A stretch of DNA of 45,810 nucleotides from an uncultured Lentisphaerota bacterium (GTDB lineage Bacteria > Verrucomicrobiota > Kiritimatiellia > RFP12 > UBA1067), in the NCBI GenBank assembly GCA_900320855.1, contig ONTV01000001.1, positions 1 through 45,810 of the forward strand, written 5' to 3'. A program made the position numbers and the translations under genes. Below the pieces are notes generated by a model. That model did no database searches, was not told the DNA's origin, and was given only the letters and a program-made list of their open reading frames with translations. This document shows, in pieces, positions 35,089 through 44,009 of the stretch (positions within the stretch are counted from its first letter, which is position 1; each line of letters starts with the position of its first letter).

Positions 35089-35868
35089 ATGGCGAAGATT
35101 CATCCGACGGCAATCGTCGAGGACGGCGCGCAGCTCGGCGCGGACGTGGAGGTCGGGCCGTACGCGCACGTGGGGCCGAACGTCCGCCTTGGCGACGGCA
35201 CGGTCGTCCAGCAGGGCGCGATCATTGACGGGCACACGACGCTCGGCACGCAGTGCCAGGTCTTCCCCTACGCCTGCATCGGCATGAAGACGCAGGACCT
35301 CAAGTACCGCGACGGCTCGGTCAGCTACGTCGAGATCGGCGACCGCACGGTCATCCGCGAGTTCGCGACGGTGCATCTCGGCACGGCCGACGGCGAGAAG
35401 ACCGTGATCGGCTCGGACTGCCTCTTCATGTGCTACTGCCACGCGGCGCACGGGGTCGTCCTCGGCGACCACTGCATCTGCTCGAACTCCGTTCAGCTCG
35501 CGGGCGACGTGCATCTGCAGGACTGGGCGATCGTCGGCGGCTGCGCGGCGGCCCACCAGTTCTGCACGGTCGGCCGCCACGCGATGGTGGGCGGCATGAC
35601 GAAGATCCGCCAGGACGCGCCGCCGTTCATGCTGACGGACATGGTCGAGGGCGCGATGAAGGTGATCGGCCCGAACGTCGTCGGCCTTACGCGGCGCGGC
35701 TTCGGCCGTGACGTCATCCAGGCCCTGAAGGAGGCCTATCGCTTCCTCTACCGCGACGGGCTCAACCGCACGCAGGCCCTGGAGCGCGTCGAGAACGACG
35801 TCGAGCCGTTCGACGAGATCCGGGAGCTCGTCGACTTCTACCGCAACTCCTCGCGCGGCGTGGCATGA
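35089..35868 (+). CDS. lpxA: Acyl-ACP--UDP-N-acetylglucosamine O-acyltransferase
   Basis: ORF 34954..35868, trimmed to the ATG at 35089. MAKIHPTAIVEDGAQLG, hexapeptide repeats, and a helical C-terminus. Confidence 0.92.
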   Translation: MAKIHPTAIVEDGAQLGADVEVGPYAHVGPNVRLGDGTVVQQGAIIDGHTTLGTQCQVFPYACIGMKTQDLKYRDGSVSYVEIGDRTVIREFATVHLGTADGEKTVIGSDCLFMCYCHAAHGVVLGDHCICSNSVQLAGDVHLQDWAIVGGCAAAHQFCTVGRHAMVGGMTKIRQDAPPFMLTDMVEGAMKVIGPNVVGLTRRGFGRDVIQALKEAYRFLYRDGLNRTQALERVENDVEPFDEIRELVDFYRNSSRGVA

Positions 35869-37013
35869 ACGCCTTCGGCTTTTCGGGAGCGACGTTCGAC
35901 TCCCGGCTCGTGGAGCCGGGGATGCTCTACGTCGCGCTGAAGGGCGAGAAGGCGGACGGCAACGCCTTCATCCCCGACGCGCGCGCGAAGGGCGCGGCGA
36001 AGGTGATCGGCGGGCCGAACGCGCTCGCGGAGCTGCAGGCCCTCGCGCGCGACTACCGCCGCGCGCTCAAGGCGACGGTCGTCGGCGTGACCGGCTCGGC
36101 CGGCAAGACGACGACGAAGGAGCTGCTGCGGACGTTCCTCGCGTGCGCCGGGAAGACGCACGCGACGGACGGGAACTTCAACAACCACCTCGGCCTCCCG
36201 ATCACGATTCTCAACTGTCCCGAGGACGCGGACTTCCTCGTCGTCGAGATGGGGTCGAACCATCCGGGCGAGATCGCGGCCCTCTGCGACATCGCCGAGC
36301 CGGACGTCGGCGTCGTCACGGGCGTCGGCACGGCCCACCTCGAATTCTTCAAGTCGCGCGCGGGGATCGCGGACGAGAAGGGGACGCTGCTCGCGCGGGC
36401 GAAGGACGCGGCCGTCTTCCCGGCGGCGGACGACTTCGCGGCGGCTCTCGCGGCGCGCGCGCGCAATCCCGTTGCCGTCGCGGCCGAGCCGCCGGCGGGT
36501 CTGCTGGACCCGGCCGTGCCGCAGCCGCCGCACTTCGCCGCGAACGCGGCGCTCGCCTTCGCCGTCGCCGCGCGCTTCGGCGTGACGTGTGCGCAGGCGC
36601 GCGCGGCGCTGGACGGCTTTGCCCTTCCCGGCGCGCGCTGGCGCCTCCGGGAGAAGTGGGGGGCGACCTTCATCGACGACACGTACAACGCGAACCCGGA
36701 CGCGATGATCGCCGCGCTCGACACGCTCGCGGCGACGCCGTGCGACGGCAAGCGTGTCGCCGTCCTCGGCGACATGTTCGAGCTCGGCCCGGACGCGCCC
36801 GCCCTGCACCGCAAGGTCTTCGACCACGCGATGGCCCTGAAGATCCCGCTCGTGATCGGCGTCGGCGAGCAGTCGGCGCAGTGCCTCTGCCACTGCGTCT
36901 ACAGGGATCTCGCGAAGCTGAAGAAGAAGTTCCGGCTCGACGTCTCGGCCGGCGACCTCGTTTTGCTCAAGGCCTCCCACGCGATGGGCCTCGGCACGCT
37001 CCTGGACGACTGA
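35865..37013 (+). CDS. murF: UDP-N-acetylmuramoyl-tripeptide--D-alanyl-D-alanine ligase
   Basis: 382 aa. DSRLVEPGMLYVAL, GVTGSAGKTTTKE, GNFNNHLGLPITIL, DDTYNANPD. The start overlaps the lpxA stop. Confidence 0.85.
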   Translation: MNAFGFSGATFDSRLVEPGMLYVALKGEKADGNAFIPDARAKGAAKVIGGPNALAELQALARDYRRALKATVVGVTGSAGKTTTKELLRTFLACAGKTHATDGNFNNHLGLPITILNCPEDADFLVVEMGSNHPGEIAALCDIAEPDVGVVTGVGTAHLEFFKSRAGIADEKGTLLARAKDAAVFPAADDFAAALAARARNPVAVAAEPPAGLLDPAVPQPPHFAANAALAFAVAARFGVTCAQARAALDGFALPGARWRLREKWGATFIDDTYNANPDAMIAALDTLAATPCDGKRVAVLGDMFELGPDAPALHRKVFDHAMALKIPLVIGVGEQSAQCLCHCVYRDLAKLKKKFRLDVSAGDLVLLKASHAMGLGTLLDD

Positions 37014-37017
37014 CGCG

Positions 37018-37725
37018 ATGATCGAAGTCCGTAACCTCGCGTTCACGTACCGCAGCCGCCCCGTTCTCCGGGACGTCTCCTTCGTCGTCTCGCCGGGCGA
37101 GGTCGTCAGCATCGTCGGCGCGAACGGCGCGGGCAAGACGACGCTCCTGAACGTCCTCGCGACGCTGGCCGTGCCCGATTCGGGGCAGATCCTGCTCGAC
37201 GGGCAGGACGCCCTCGCGCGGCCGCTCCGCTACAGCCGCCAGGTCGGCTATCTGCCGGAGTCGCCCGCGTTCTACGACGACATGACCGTGAAGGACTATC
37301 TGCGCTACCGGGCGAACCTCAAGGGCGAGCCGGCGAAGCGCGTCCGCCGCCGCGTGAGCGAAGCGGCGGAGATTTGCCGCGTCGCGGACTGCCTGGGCGT
37401 GCCCCTGAAGCGGCTCTCGCTCGGCGTCCGCAAGCGCGTGGCGCTCGCCGACGCGATTCTCCTGCGGCCGCGCGTCCTGCTGCTGGACGACTTCCTGGCC
37501 GGGCTGGACACGGGCATGCGCCGCGCGGCCGGCGACCTGCTTTCGAATGCGGCGGCCTTTTCGAGCGTGATCGTGACGGGCCACGAGCTCGACGACCTGG
37601 CGCGCTGGACGACGCGCTTCCTCGTCCTGCGCAACGGCCTCGTCTCGTCCGTCGAGACGGCCGGCCTGGAGGCGTCGGCCCTGCGGGCGCGCCTTGACGC
37701 GGCGTTGGAAGGGGGGGCGCGATGA
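37018..37725 (+). CDS. ABC transporter ATP-binding protein (GldA-like), with atypical signature/Walker B
   Basis: The Walker A motif is GANGAGKTT. The signature reads LSLGVRKR rather than LSGGQ. The Walker B region reads LLLDDFLAGLD, so the usual Glu after Asp is replaced. Confidence 0.8.
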   Translation: MIEVRNLAFTYRSRPVLRDVSFVVSPGEVVSIVGANGAGKTTLLNVLATLAVPDSGQILLDGQDALARPLRYSRQVGYLPESPAFYDDMTVKDYLRYRANLKGEPAKRVRRRVSEAAEICRVADCLGVPLKRLSLGVRKRVALADAILLRPRVLLLDDFLAGLDTGMRRAAGDLLSNAAAFSSVIVTGHELDDLARWTTRFLVLRNGLVSSVETAGLEASALRARLDAALEGGAR

Positions 37726-39788
37726 GCCCCGTGCGCGTGACGTGGGGGCGGACGATCGGCCACGCCCGGGGGCTCTACACGACGGCCCTGACCCTTGCGG
37801 GGTTCCTGTCGCTCGTCGCGGCGGCTTTCGCGTTCAACTTCGACCGGGCCGAGGGCGGCACGCTGCCGCTCACGGCCCTCTGGGCGGCGAGCGCGGCGCC
37901 GATCCTGCCGGTCCTGGCCGCGTTCCTCGCCATGGGCGTCTGGAGCGACGAGCGCCAGTCGGGGCGTCTCGCGGCGCTTCTCTCCGTGGCGGTGCGCGAG
38001 CGCGACTACGTCCTCGGCAAGTTCCTGGGCGTCTGGACGCTTCTGATGGCCGCGCTTGTCCTGTCGCTGGCCACGCTGGGCGGGGCGCTTCTTGTCCTGG
38101 CGCCGGCGGCCCTGTCGGGCGTGTCGCTTCTGTCGCTGCTTCCGCCGCTGCTGACGCTGGGCGTGCAGGGGCTGCTCTGGACGGCCGCCGCCGTGGCGCT
38201 GAGCGCGATGTTCCGCCAGGCCGCCGCCGCAGCCGCGACGGCCGTCGTCCTGCTTGTGGCGCTGCCGCGCGCGCTGTGGTCGGGCCTTCGCCTCTGGTCG
38301 TCGCGCGGGGCGACGGCCTTCGGCGAGCTGCCGTTTGACGCGCACGCCGTCGACGGGGCGCTGGGGACGTTTGCGCTCGGCACGCTGGTGGCCTATCTGG
38401 TCGTCACGGTCGTCTGCCTTCTCGTGGCCACGAAATGCGTGGCGGCAACGCGTTTCGTGGGCCGTGGCGCGCGGACGCTGCGGGTCTCGACGGGCATCGT
38501 CCTCGCGCTGTCCGCCGTCTTCGCGGCGCTCGTCGTGCGCCTTGCGCTGCGCGTGGACGCCACGGTCGAGCTGCCGGTCGTCGGGCTGTCCGACGAGTTC
38601 TCGCCCCGGACGCGCGGCATCCTCGCCGAGTCGTCGGGCGAGATCGCCGTGACGTGCTTCCTGTCGCGCGGCGACGCGCGGTTCCGTCCGCTTGGACATC
38701 TCCTGCGCTCGCTCCGCCGGGCGTCCGCCTCCCTCGGCGGCGCGCGACTGGAAATCCGCTTCGTCGATCCGCGCTGGGACATCGCGGCGGCGGAGCGCCT
38801 CGCGGCCCGGGGCGTCTCCGAGAATTCCCTCGTCTTCGAGAAGGGGCGCCGTCTCGTCGTCCTGCCGCTCAAGGACGGCTGCGGCGAGCGCCTCTGCGCC
38901 TCCACGATCCGGCGCCTGACGACGCCGCCCCAGCGGCGGAACGTCTACTGGACGGTCGGACATGGCGAGGCGACGCTGGACGGCTACGGGCTCTATGGCC
39001 TGAGCAACATCGCGCGCGAGCTTGCGCGCGAGGGCTACCGCAACGCCCCGTTCGACCTCGCGGCGACAGCGACGATTCCGAACGACTGCGCGCTGCTCGT
39101 CCTCTCCGGCCCGAAGAGCGCCTTTGCGCGCGTCGAGCTCGACCGGCTGGACGCCTACCTGCGGGCGGGCGGCCGTCTCCTGGTCTTGCTCGGGCCGGCG
39201 GAAGGCGCGGGCCTGGCGTCGCTCCTCGCCACCTGGGGCGTCAAGGCGACGCCGGTGGCGCTTGCGGGCGCGAAGACGCTTTCCGGCAGTGACGTCATCG
39301 TCACGGACTTCTCGGACCATCCCGTGTCCGCGCCGCTGCGGGGGTCCCGCATCGTCCTGGAGCGCCCGACGGCGCTGGCGCCGTCCGCCGTCGCCGTCTC
39401 GGGGGCGGGCGCCGACCACATCGGCTTCTCCGCGCTCGCGTCGCTGGACGGCGTCGTCCTGGCGGCGGCGGTCGAGCGCGGGTCGGCGGCCGGCGACGAC
39501 CTCGCGATCCGCCCGACGCGCCTCGTCGTCATCGGCGACGCGACGTTCGCCCTGAACGGCGCGCTGGGCGCGCGCGCGAACGCCAACCGCGATTTCCTGC
39601 TCAACAGCGTCGCGTACCTGTCGGGGACGGACGCCGTGGGCGCGAGCGGCACGGAGGCGGGGCTGCTCGTCTCAGGGCTTGACCGCGCCGCGCGGGCGCG
39701 CTTCGCCGTCGTGACCGTCGGCGTCCTGCCGTCCGTGGTGTTCCTGCTCCTCGCGGGCGCGACGCTGAGAAGGAGGCTGCGCACATGA
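37722..39788 (+). CDS. Fused ABC-2 permease (GldF-like) and GldG-like auxiliary domain
   Basis: 688 aa. About 240 aa at the N-terminus form a multi-TM region. A large periplasmic segment follows, of the kind seen in GldG/ABC_transp_aux proteins (FLSRGDARF..IRFVDP.., LLVLSGPKSAF..LDAYLRAGGRLLVLLGP), ending in a C-terminal TM. It is translationally coupled to the ATPase (ATGA). Confidence 0.65.
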   Translation: MSPVRVTWGRTIGHARGLYTTALTLAGFLSLVAAAFAFNFDRAEGGTLPLTALWAASAAPILPVLAAFLAMGVWSDERQSGRLAALLSVAVRERDYVLGKFLGVWTLLMAALVLSLATLGGALLVLAPAALSGVSLLSLLPPLLTLGVQGLLWTAAAVALSAMFRQAAAAAATAVVLLVALPRALWSGLRLWSSRGATAFGELPFDAHAVDGALGTFALGTLVAYLVVTVVCLLVATKCVAATRFVGRGARTLRVSTGIVLALSAVFAALVVRLALRVDATVELPVVGLSDEFSPRTRGILAESSGEIAVTCFLSRGDARFRPLGHLLRSLRRASASLGGARLEIRFVDPRWDIAAAERLAARGVSENSLVFEKGRRLVVLPLKDGCGERLCASTIRRLTTPPQRRNVYWTVGHGEATLDGYGLYGLSNIARELAREGYRNAPFDLAATATIPNDCALLVLSGPKSAFARVELDRLDAYLRAGGRLLVLLGPAEGAGLASLLATWGVKATPVALAGAKTLSGSDVIVTDFSDHPVSAPLRGSRIVLERPTALAPSAVAVSGAGADHIGFSALASLDGVVLAAAVERGSAAGDDLAIRPTRLVVIGDATFALNGALGARANANRDFLLNSVAYLSGTDAVGASGTEAGLLVSGLDRAARARFAVVTVGVLPSVVFLLLAGATLRRRLRT

Positions 39789-41467
39789 CGAACCGGAAGG
39801 CCATCCTTTTCCTCCTGCTCGCCATCGCCGTGCTGGTCGCGGCCGAGGTCGCCTTGAACGTGGTCGGACGCAAGCCGCGCGTGGCGACGCGCGCGTTCCT
39901 GTGTGAAGGCGCGGCGGAGAGCACGGAGCTGACGCTGGCGCGGCGCGGCGAACCCGTCATCCAGGTCGAGAAGGACGGCCCGTGGCGCCTGCGCCGTCCG
40001 TTCGCCGCAATCGCCGAGACGCCCGTCGTCCTGAAGCTCCTGGACACGCTCGCGCAGGCGCGCGTCGAGGAGTCGATCTCCGATGCCGAGCTGTTGCGCT
40101 GGGGTCGCACGCGCGCCGACTACGCGCTGGATGAGCCGCCGCTCCGCGTCGGCCTCTCGAACGCGACGGCGCGCGTCTCCCTCTCGTTCGGCCTGCTGAC
40201 TCCTTCGGGGGACGGCGTCTACGCGTCGGTGGACGGCGAACCGTCTGTCCTGATCGTCCCGTCGTCCGTCCTGGCGGCGGTTGACCTGCCCGTGGAGCGT
40301 CTGCGCCGTCGCCGCCTGTTCGGCTTTGGCGAGACGACCGTCGTCGCCTTTGACATCAAGCAGAATCCGGGCGCGATCCTGTCGTTCCAGCGGGAAGGGG
40401 ACGGCTGGCAAGTCGGTCGGGGCCGGGCCGCCGCGACGGTCGTCTCGAAGTTCCTCTCCGACCTGATGACGGCGGAGGCCAGCCGGTTCGTCTGGCCGAC
40501 GGGCGCGACGAACGAGAGCGAGCAGGCCTCGGCATCGCTGCTGGCGGGCTACGGGCTCGACCCCGAGACGGCCGTGACCGTCACGCTCAAGCGGTCCGGC
40601 GGACGGAACTCGTCGATTTCCTTTGGCAAGCGCGCGGACGCGGAGACGGTCTATGCGTACCTCCATGTCGCCGGCACGGTCGTCACCGTCCCGTCGGCGC
40701 TCAAGGACGAGGCCCTCCAGGACGGTTCGCGCTTCGCTGACGCGCGGCTTTTCCTCGACTCGCCCGAAAAGGTCGCGTTCGTGACGCTGGCGGACGGCGG
40801 CCTCGCGCTGTCGCTCTCCCGCGCCGACACGTTGGGCTGGCGGCTGGACGCGCCCATCTCCGCGCCGGCCGACGTCCCCGCCGTCGAAGCGCTGCTCGCG
40901 CGCGTCCTGTCCCTCACGTCGGCGGATCTCGACCCGGACGGCGTCGCCGTCTCCCTCGGCGCGTCGTCGCGGGCGGTTTCCGTCGCGCGCACGGCCCTCT
41001 TCCCGGCGGGCGGCGGGTTCGAGCAGCTGCGTTCGCGGGAGATCGTCGCGTTCGCGGCCGAGAACGTGAAGCGGCTCGTCGCGACGCGCGCGACGGACGG
41101 CGCGCGGGGCGTCTCGGTCGTCTTCGCGCGCGATCGCCGCGTCTGGAACGTCGAGTCCGCGCCCGAAGGGTCGGTGGCCTCGCCGACGGGCATCGCCCGC
41201 GTCCTGGACGCGCTCGCGCCCCTCCGGGCCGTGCGCGTCGAGAAGCTCAAGGTCATGGCGAGCGAATTGGCCTTCTATGGGCTTGAACACCCGTTCCTGA
41301 CGCTGGCCGTCGATCTGGACCGTGCGGACGCCGTTCGGCGGAACATCTTCGTCGGCGCGCCGGCGGTCGGGGGCGGGCGCTACGCGACGGTCGGCTCGTC
41401 CGATGCCGTCTTCGTGATTTCGGACGCCGACGTCACGGCGTTGACGTCTCCGCTGGTGGGGGAGTGA
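39785..41467 (+). CDS. Membrane-anchored periplasmic protein, DUF4340-like partner of GldG-type systems
   Basis: 560 aa with an N-terminal TM (ILFLLLAIAVLVAA) and a repetitive beta-rich body. The start overlaps the upstream stop (ATGA). The family call rests on context and general resemblance only. Confidence 0.45.
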   Translation: MTNRKAILFLLLAIAVLVAAEVALNVVGRKPRVATRAFLCEGAAESTELTLARRGEPVIQVEKDGPWRLRRPFAAIAETPVVLKLLDTLAQARVEESISDAELLRWGRTRADYALDEPPLRVGLSNATARVSLSFGLLTPSGDGVYASVDGEPSVLIVPSSVLAAVDLPVERLRRRRLFGFGETTVVAFDIKQNPGAILSFQREGDGWQVGRGRAAATVVSKFLSDLMTAEASRFVWPTGATNESEQASASLLAGYGLDPETAVTVTLKRSGGRNSSISFGKRADAETVYAYLHVAGTVVTVPSALKDEALQDGSRFADARLFLDSPEKVAFVTLADGGLALSLSRADTLGWRLDAPISAPADVPAVEALLARVLSLTSADLDPDGVAVSLGASSRAVSVARTALFPAGGGFEQLRSREIVAFAAENVKRLVATRATDGARGVSVVFARDRRVWNVESAPEGSVASPTGIARVLDALAPLRAVRVEKLKVMASELAFYGLEHPFLTLAVDLDRADAVRRNIFVGAPAVGGGRYATVGSSDAVFVISDADVTALTSPLVGE

Positions 41468-41485
41468 GCCTAACCAAAGGGTCAC

Positions 41486-41535
41486 CCTCGCGCGCGTCAT
41501 CCGCGCGTGACGGCGCGGGCGCGCGAGGCGTTTTT
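41486..41535 (+). terminator. Rho-independent terminator (10-bp GC stem CCTCGCGCGC/GCGCGCGAGG, then CGTTTTT)
   Basis: The arms at 41486-41495 and 41519-41528 are perfectly complementary. The T-tract is also the T-tract of the next promoter. Confidence 0.7.
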
Positions 41536-41543
41536 GGTATAAT
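41531..41543 (+). promoter_or_regulatory. Extended -10 promoter TTTTTGGTATAAT; leaderless U32 gene
   Basis: TATAAT is at 41538-41543 and the ATG at 41552, leaving an 8-nt gap. Confidence 0.65.
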
Positions 41544-41551
41544 CTCCCGCC

Positions 41552-42799
41552 ATGGAACGCCCTGAGATCTTGGCCCCGGCGGGGGACTTCACGTGCCTTC
41601 AGGCCGCGCTGGACGCAGGTGCCGATGCCGTCTACTTCGGCCTCGGCACGTTCAACATGCGCGCGCGGAGCGGCGTCAACTTCACGGAGGCGGACTTGCC
41701 CGAGATCGCGCGCCGCTGCGGGCGCGTGAAGCGCTACCTGACGCTCAACGCCATCCTGTTCGAGGACGAGGCGGACGCGGTCGAGCGGACGATCTGCGCG
41801 GCGAAGCCCTACGTGGACGCCTTCATCGTCTCCGACTGGGGCGTCATCGCGCTCTGCAAGAGGCACGGCGTCGCGTTCCACGTCTCGACTCAGATGTCGG
41901 TCTCGAATTCGGCGGCCGTGCGCTTTCTCGCGGCGCAGGGCGCGTCGCGCGTCGTCCTCGCGCGCGAGTGCACGCTCCGCGAAGTCGCGGCGATCCACGC
42001 GAAGACGGGCGTCGAGCTCGAATGCTTCGTCCACGGCGCGCAGTGCGTCGCCGAATCGGGGCGCTGCTTCATGAGCCAGGACGTCTTCGGCAAGAGCGCC
42101 TGTCGCGGCGAATGCGTCCAGCCCTGCCGGCGGAAGTTCCTCGTGCAGGCGGTCGATTTCTACGAGGACGCGCAGGGCGCGCCCGTGCACGAGGGCCAGG
42201 CGGCCTACGTCGTCGAGCCGCACACCGTCCTCTCGGCGCGCGACCTCTGCTCGCTCGGCTTCGTCGACAGGCTCATGGCGGCCGGCATCGCCTCCTTCAA
42301 GATCGAGGGCCGCGCGCGCAACGCGAACTACGTGAAGACGGTCGTCGCCGCGTACCGGCGGGCGGTGGACGCCGTGTGCGCGGGGACGTACACGCCCGCA
42401 CTCGTTGCGGAGCTGACGGCGTCCGTGAAGACGGTCTTCCACCGCGCCTTCTCGGATGGCCTCTACTTCGGGCGGCCGGGCGTCGACCAGTTCACGCGGA
42501 CGGAGGACTCCGAGGCGACGACGGTGAAGCGCCACATCGGCGTCGTCATCGACTATTTCCTCAAGGCCGGCATTGCGCAGGTGAAGGTGCAGGACCACGC
42601 GATCCGCCCCGGCGACCCGATCCAGATCCACGGGCCGACCACCGGCGTCCAGGAGCTCGTCGTGGGCGAGCTCCATCGCGACGCGGAACGTCCGTCCGTC
42701 GGCGAGAAGGGCACGTGGGTCACGTTCCGCGCGCCGCGCTGCCGCGTCGGCGACAAGGTCTTCTTCGTCGAATCGCGCGGGGCACCTCCGTCGGCGTAA
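41552..42799 (+). CDS. Peptidase U32 family protein
   Basis: 415 aa. EILAPAGDFTCLQAALDAGADAVYFG, ECFVHGAQCVAESGRCFMS, FKIEGR. Confidence 0.85.
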   Translation: MERPEILAPAGDFTCLQAALDAGADAVYFGLGTFNMRARSGVNFTEADLPEIARRCGRVKRYLTLNAILFEDEADAVERTICAAKPYVDAFIVSDWGVIALCKRHGVAFHVSTQMSVSNSAAVRFLAAQGASRVVLARECTLREVAAIHAKTGVELECFVHGAQCVAESGRCFMSQDVFGKSACRGECVQPCRRKFLVQAVDFYEDAQGAPVHEGQAAYVVEPHTVLSARDLCSLGFVDRLMAAGIASFKIEGRARNANYVKTVVAAYRRAVDAVCAGTYTPALVAELTASVKTVFHRAFSDGLYFGRPGVDQFTRTEDSEATTVKRHIGVVIDYFLKAGIAQVKVQDHAIRPGDPIQIHGPTTGVQELVVGELHRDAERPSVGEKGTWVTFRAPRCRVGDKVFFVESRGAPPSA

Positions 42800-42813
42800 T
42801 CCGGCGGACAGAA

Positions 42814-42825
42814 TTTTGGTATAAT
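42814..42825 (+). promoter_or_regulatory. Extended -10 promoter TTTTGGTATAAT; leaderless
   Basis: TATAAT is at 42820-42825 and the ATG at 42834, leaving an 8-nt gap. Confidence 0.65.
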
Positions 42826-42833
42826 TGGCGAAA

Positions 42834-44009
42834 ATGCAGAAAGATTTCCAAGTCGCCGTCTTCGAGGGCGGAGCGCTCCGCGTTGTCGCGTCCGGCCATC
42901 CCGGGCGCGAGGCCGTGCTGGCGTTGCCGACGAGCCGCCTGCTCGTGAAGATGGTGCGCGTGCCGGCGGGGGAGGACGCGGTTGCGGTCGCGACGCCCGT
43001 TCTGCAGGCGATGAGCCCGTTCCCCGACGAGCCGCTGACGGTGACGTGCGAGACGGTGCGCGAGACGGCGGAGGGCGCGGTCGTCCTGGCGGCGGCGCTG
43101 CCCGAAAGCGCGGCGGACGACATTGCCGAGGCGCTGGACGCGCAGAAGCTCAGCGTGACGCGCATCGACCTCCTGGCGCTCGGCGCGCTGCGCGACGTCT
43201 GGGGCCGCTTCGACGCGGCGGACGGAAAGCGGCGGCTCGTGCGCCTCACGTCGGCGGACGGCTGTACGCTCCTTGTCCTGGACGGCGACATGCCCGTGGC
43301 CGTCCGTGGTCTTGCCGAGGCGGACGATCCGGTGCGCGAGGAGATGCTGCTTTTGCTGGAGGCGGAATCGTTCGGCGGGCCGAAGCCGCTGGCGGAGACG
43401 CTTGCGGCCGAAGTGACGGACGCGGCGGTCGAAGGCGTCGCCGAGCGGTCGCTCGACGCGGCGGCGCTCAATGCGCTTCCGGCGAGCTGGCGCGAGGTGC
43501 TGGAGGAGACGCGCTTCAAGAAGCGGCTCGTCCGCAATCTCTCGGTCGCCGTCGGGCTCTGGCTCCTGGTCATGGGCGTCCTTTTCGGTGTGCCGGTCGC
43601 CTACGGCTTCCTGACGGACCATCAGAAGGGCCTTTCGCGCCAGCACGCGCGGCAGTACCGCCAGGTCAGCGACAAGAAGAAGAAGGTCGACGTCTTCAAG
43701 GCGTATTCCGACCACGGGCGCGGCGCGCTGGAGGTCATGAAGGCGGTGTCGGACCGCCTGCCCGCCGGAATCACGCTTTCGGGCTGGAACTACGACCGCG
43801 TGAAGGGGCTTCGTCTGTCGGGCGAGGCCGACACCGACACCGAGGTCTACGAGTTCAAGAACGCGATGGAGGCCCTGGCGTTCGGCGAGGACGAGGAGGC
43901 GCCGCGCATCTTCGCGACCGTCACGCTCGGCCGTCTCAACATGATGCGCGGCAAGCAGCGCTTTGACCTGGACCTCGGTTTCGAGACGCCGGAGGAGGGA
44001 GGGGAATGA
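42834..44009 (+). CDS. GspL / PilM-PilN-like assembly platform protein (cytoplasmic domain + TM + PilN-like periplasmic domain)
   Basis: ORF 42825..44009, trimmed to the ATG at 42834. A TM segment (LSVAVGLWLLVMGVLFGVPVAYGF) is followed by a coiled segment and the pattern LPAGITLSGWNY...GLRLSGEADTDTEVYEFKNAM typical of PilN/GspL C-termini. Confidence 0.55.
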   Translation: MQKDFQVAVFEGGALRVVASGHPGREAVLALPTSRLLVKMVRVPAGEDAVAVATPVLQAMSPFPDEPLTVTCETVRETAEGAVVLAAALPESAADDIAEALDAQKLSVTRIDLLALGALRDVWGRFDAADGKRRLVRLTSADGCTLLVLDGDMPVAVRGLAEADDPVREEMLLLLEAESFGGPKPLAETLAAEVTDAAVEGVAERSLDAAALNALPASWREVLEETRFKKRLVRNLSVAVGLWLLVMGVLFGVPVAYGFLTDHQKGLSRQHARQYRQVSDKKKKVDVFKAYSDHGRGALEVMKAVSDRLPAGITLSGWNYDRVKGLRLSGEADTDTEVYEFKNAMEALAFGEDEEAPRIFATVTLGRLNMMRGKQRFDLDLGFETPEEGGE

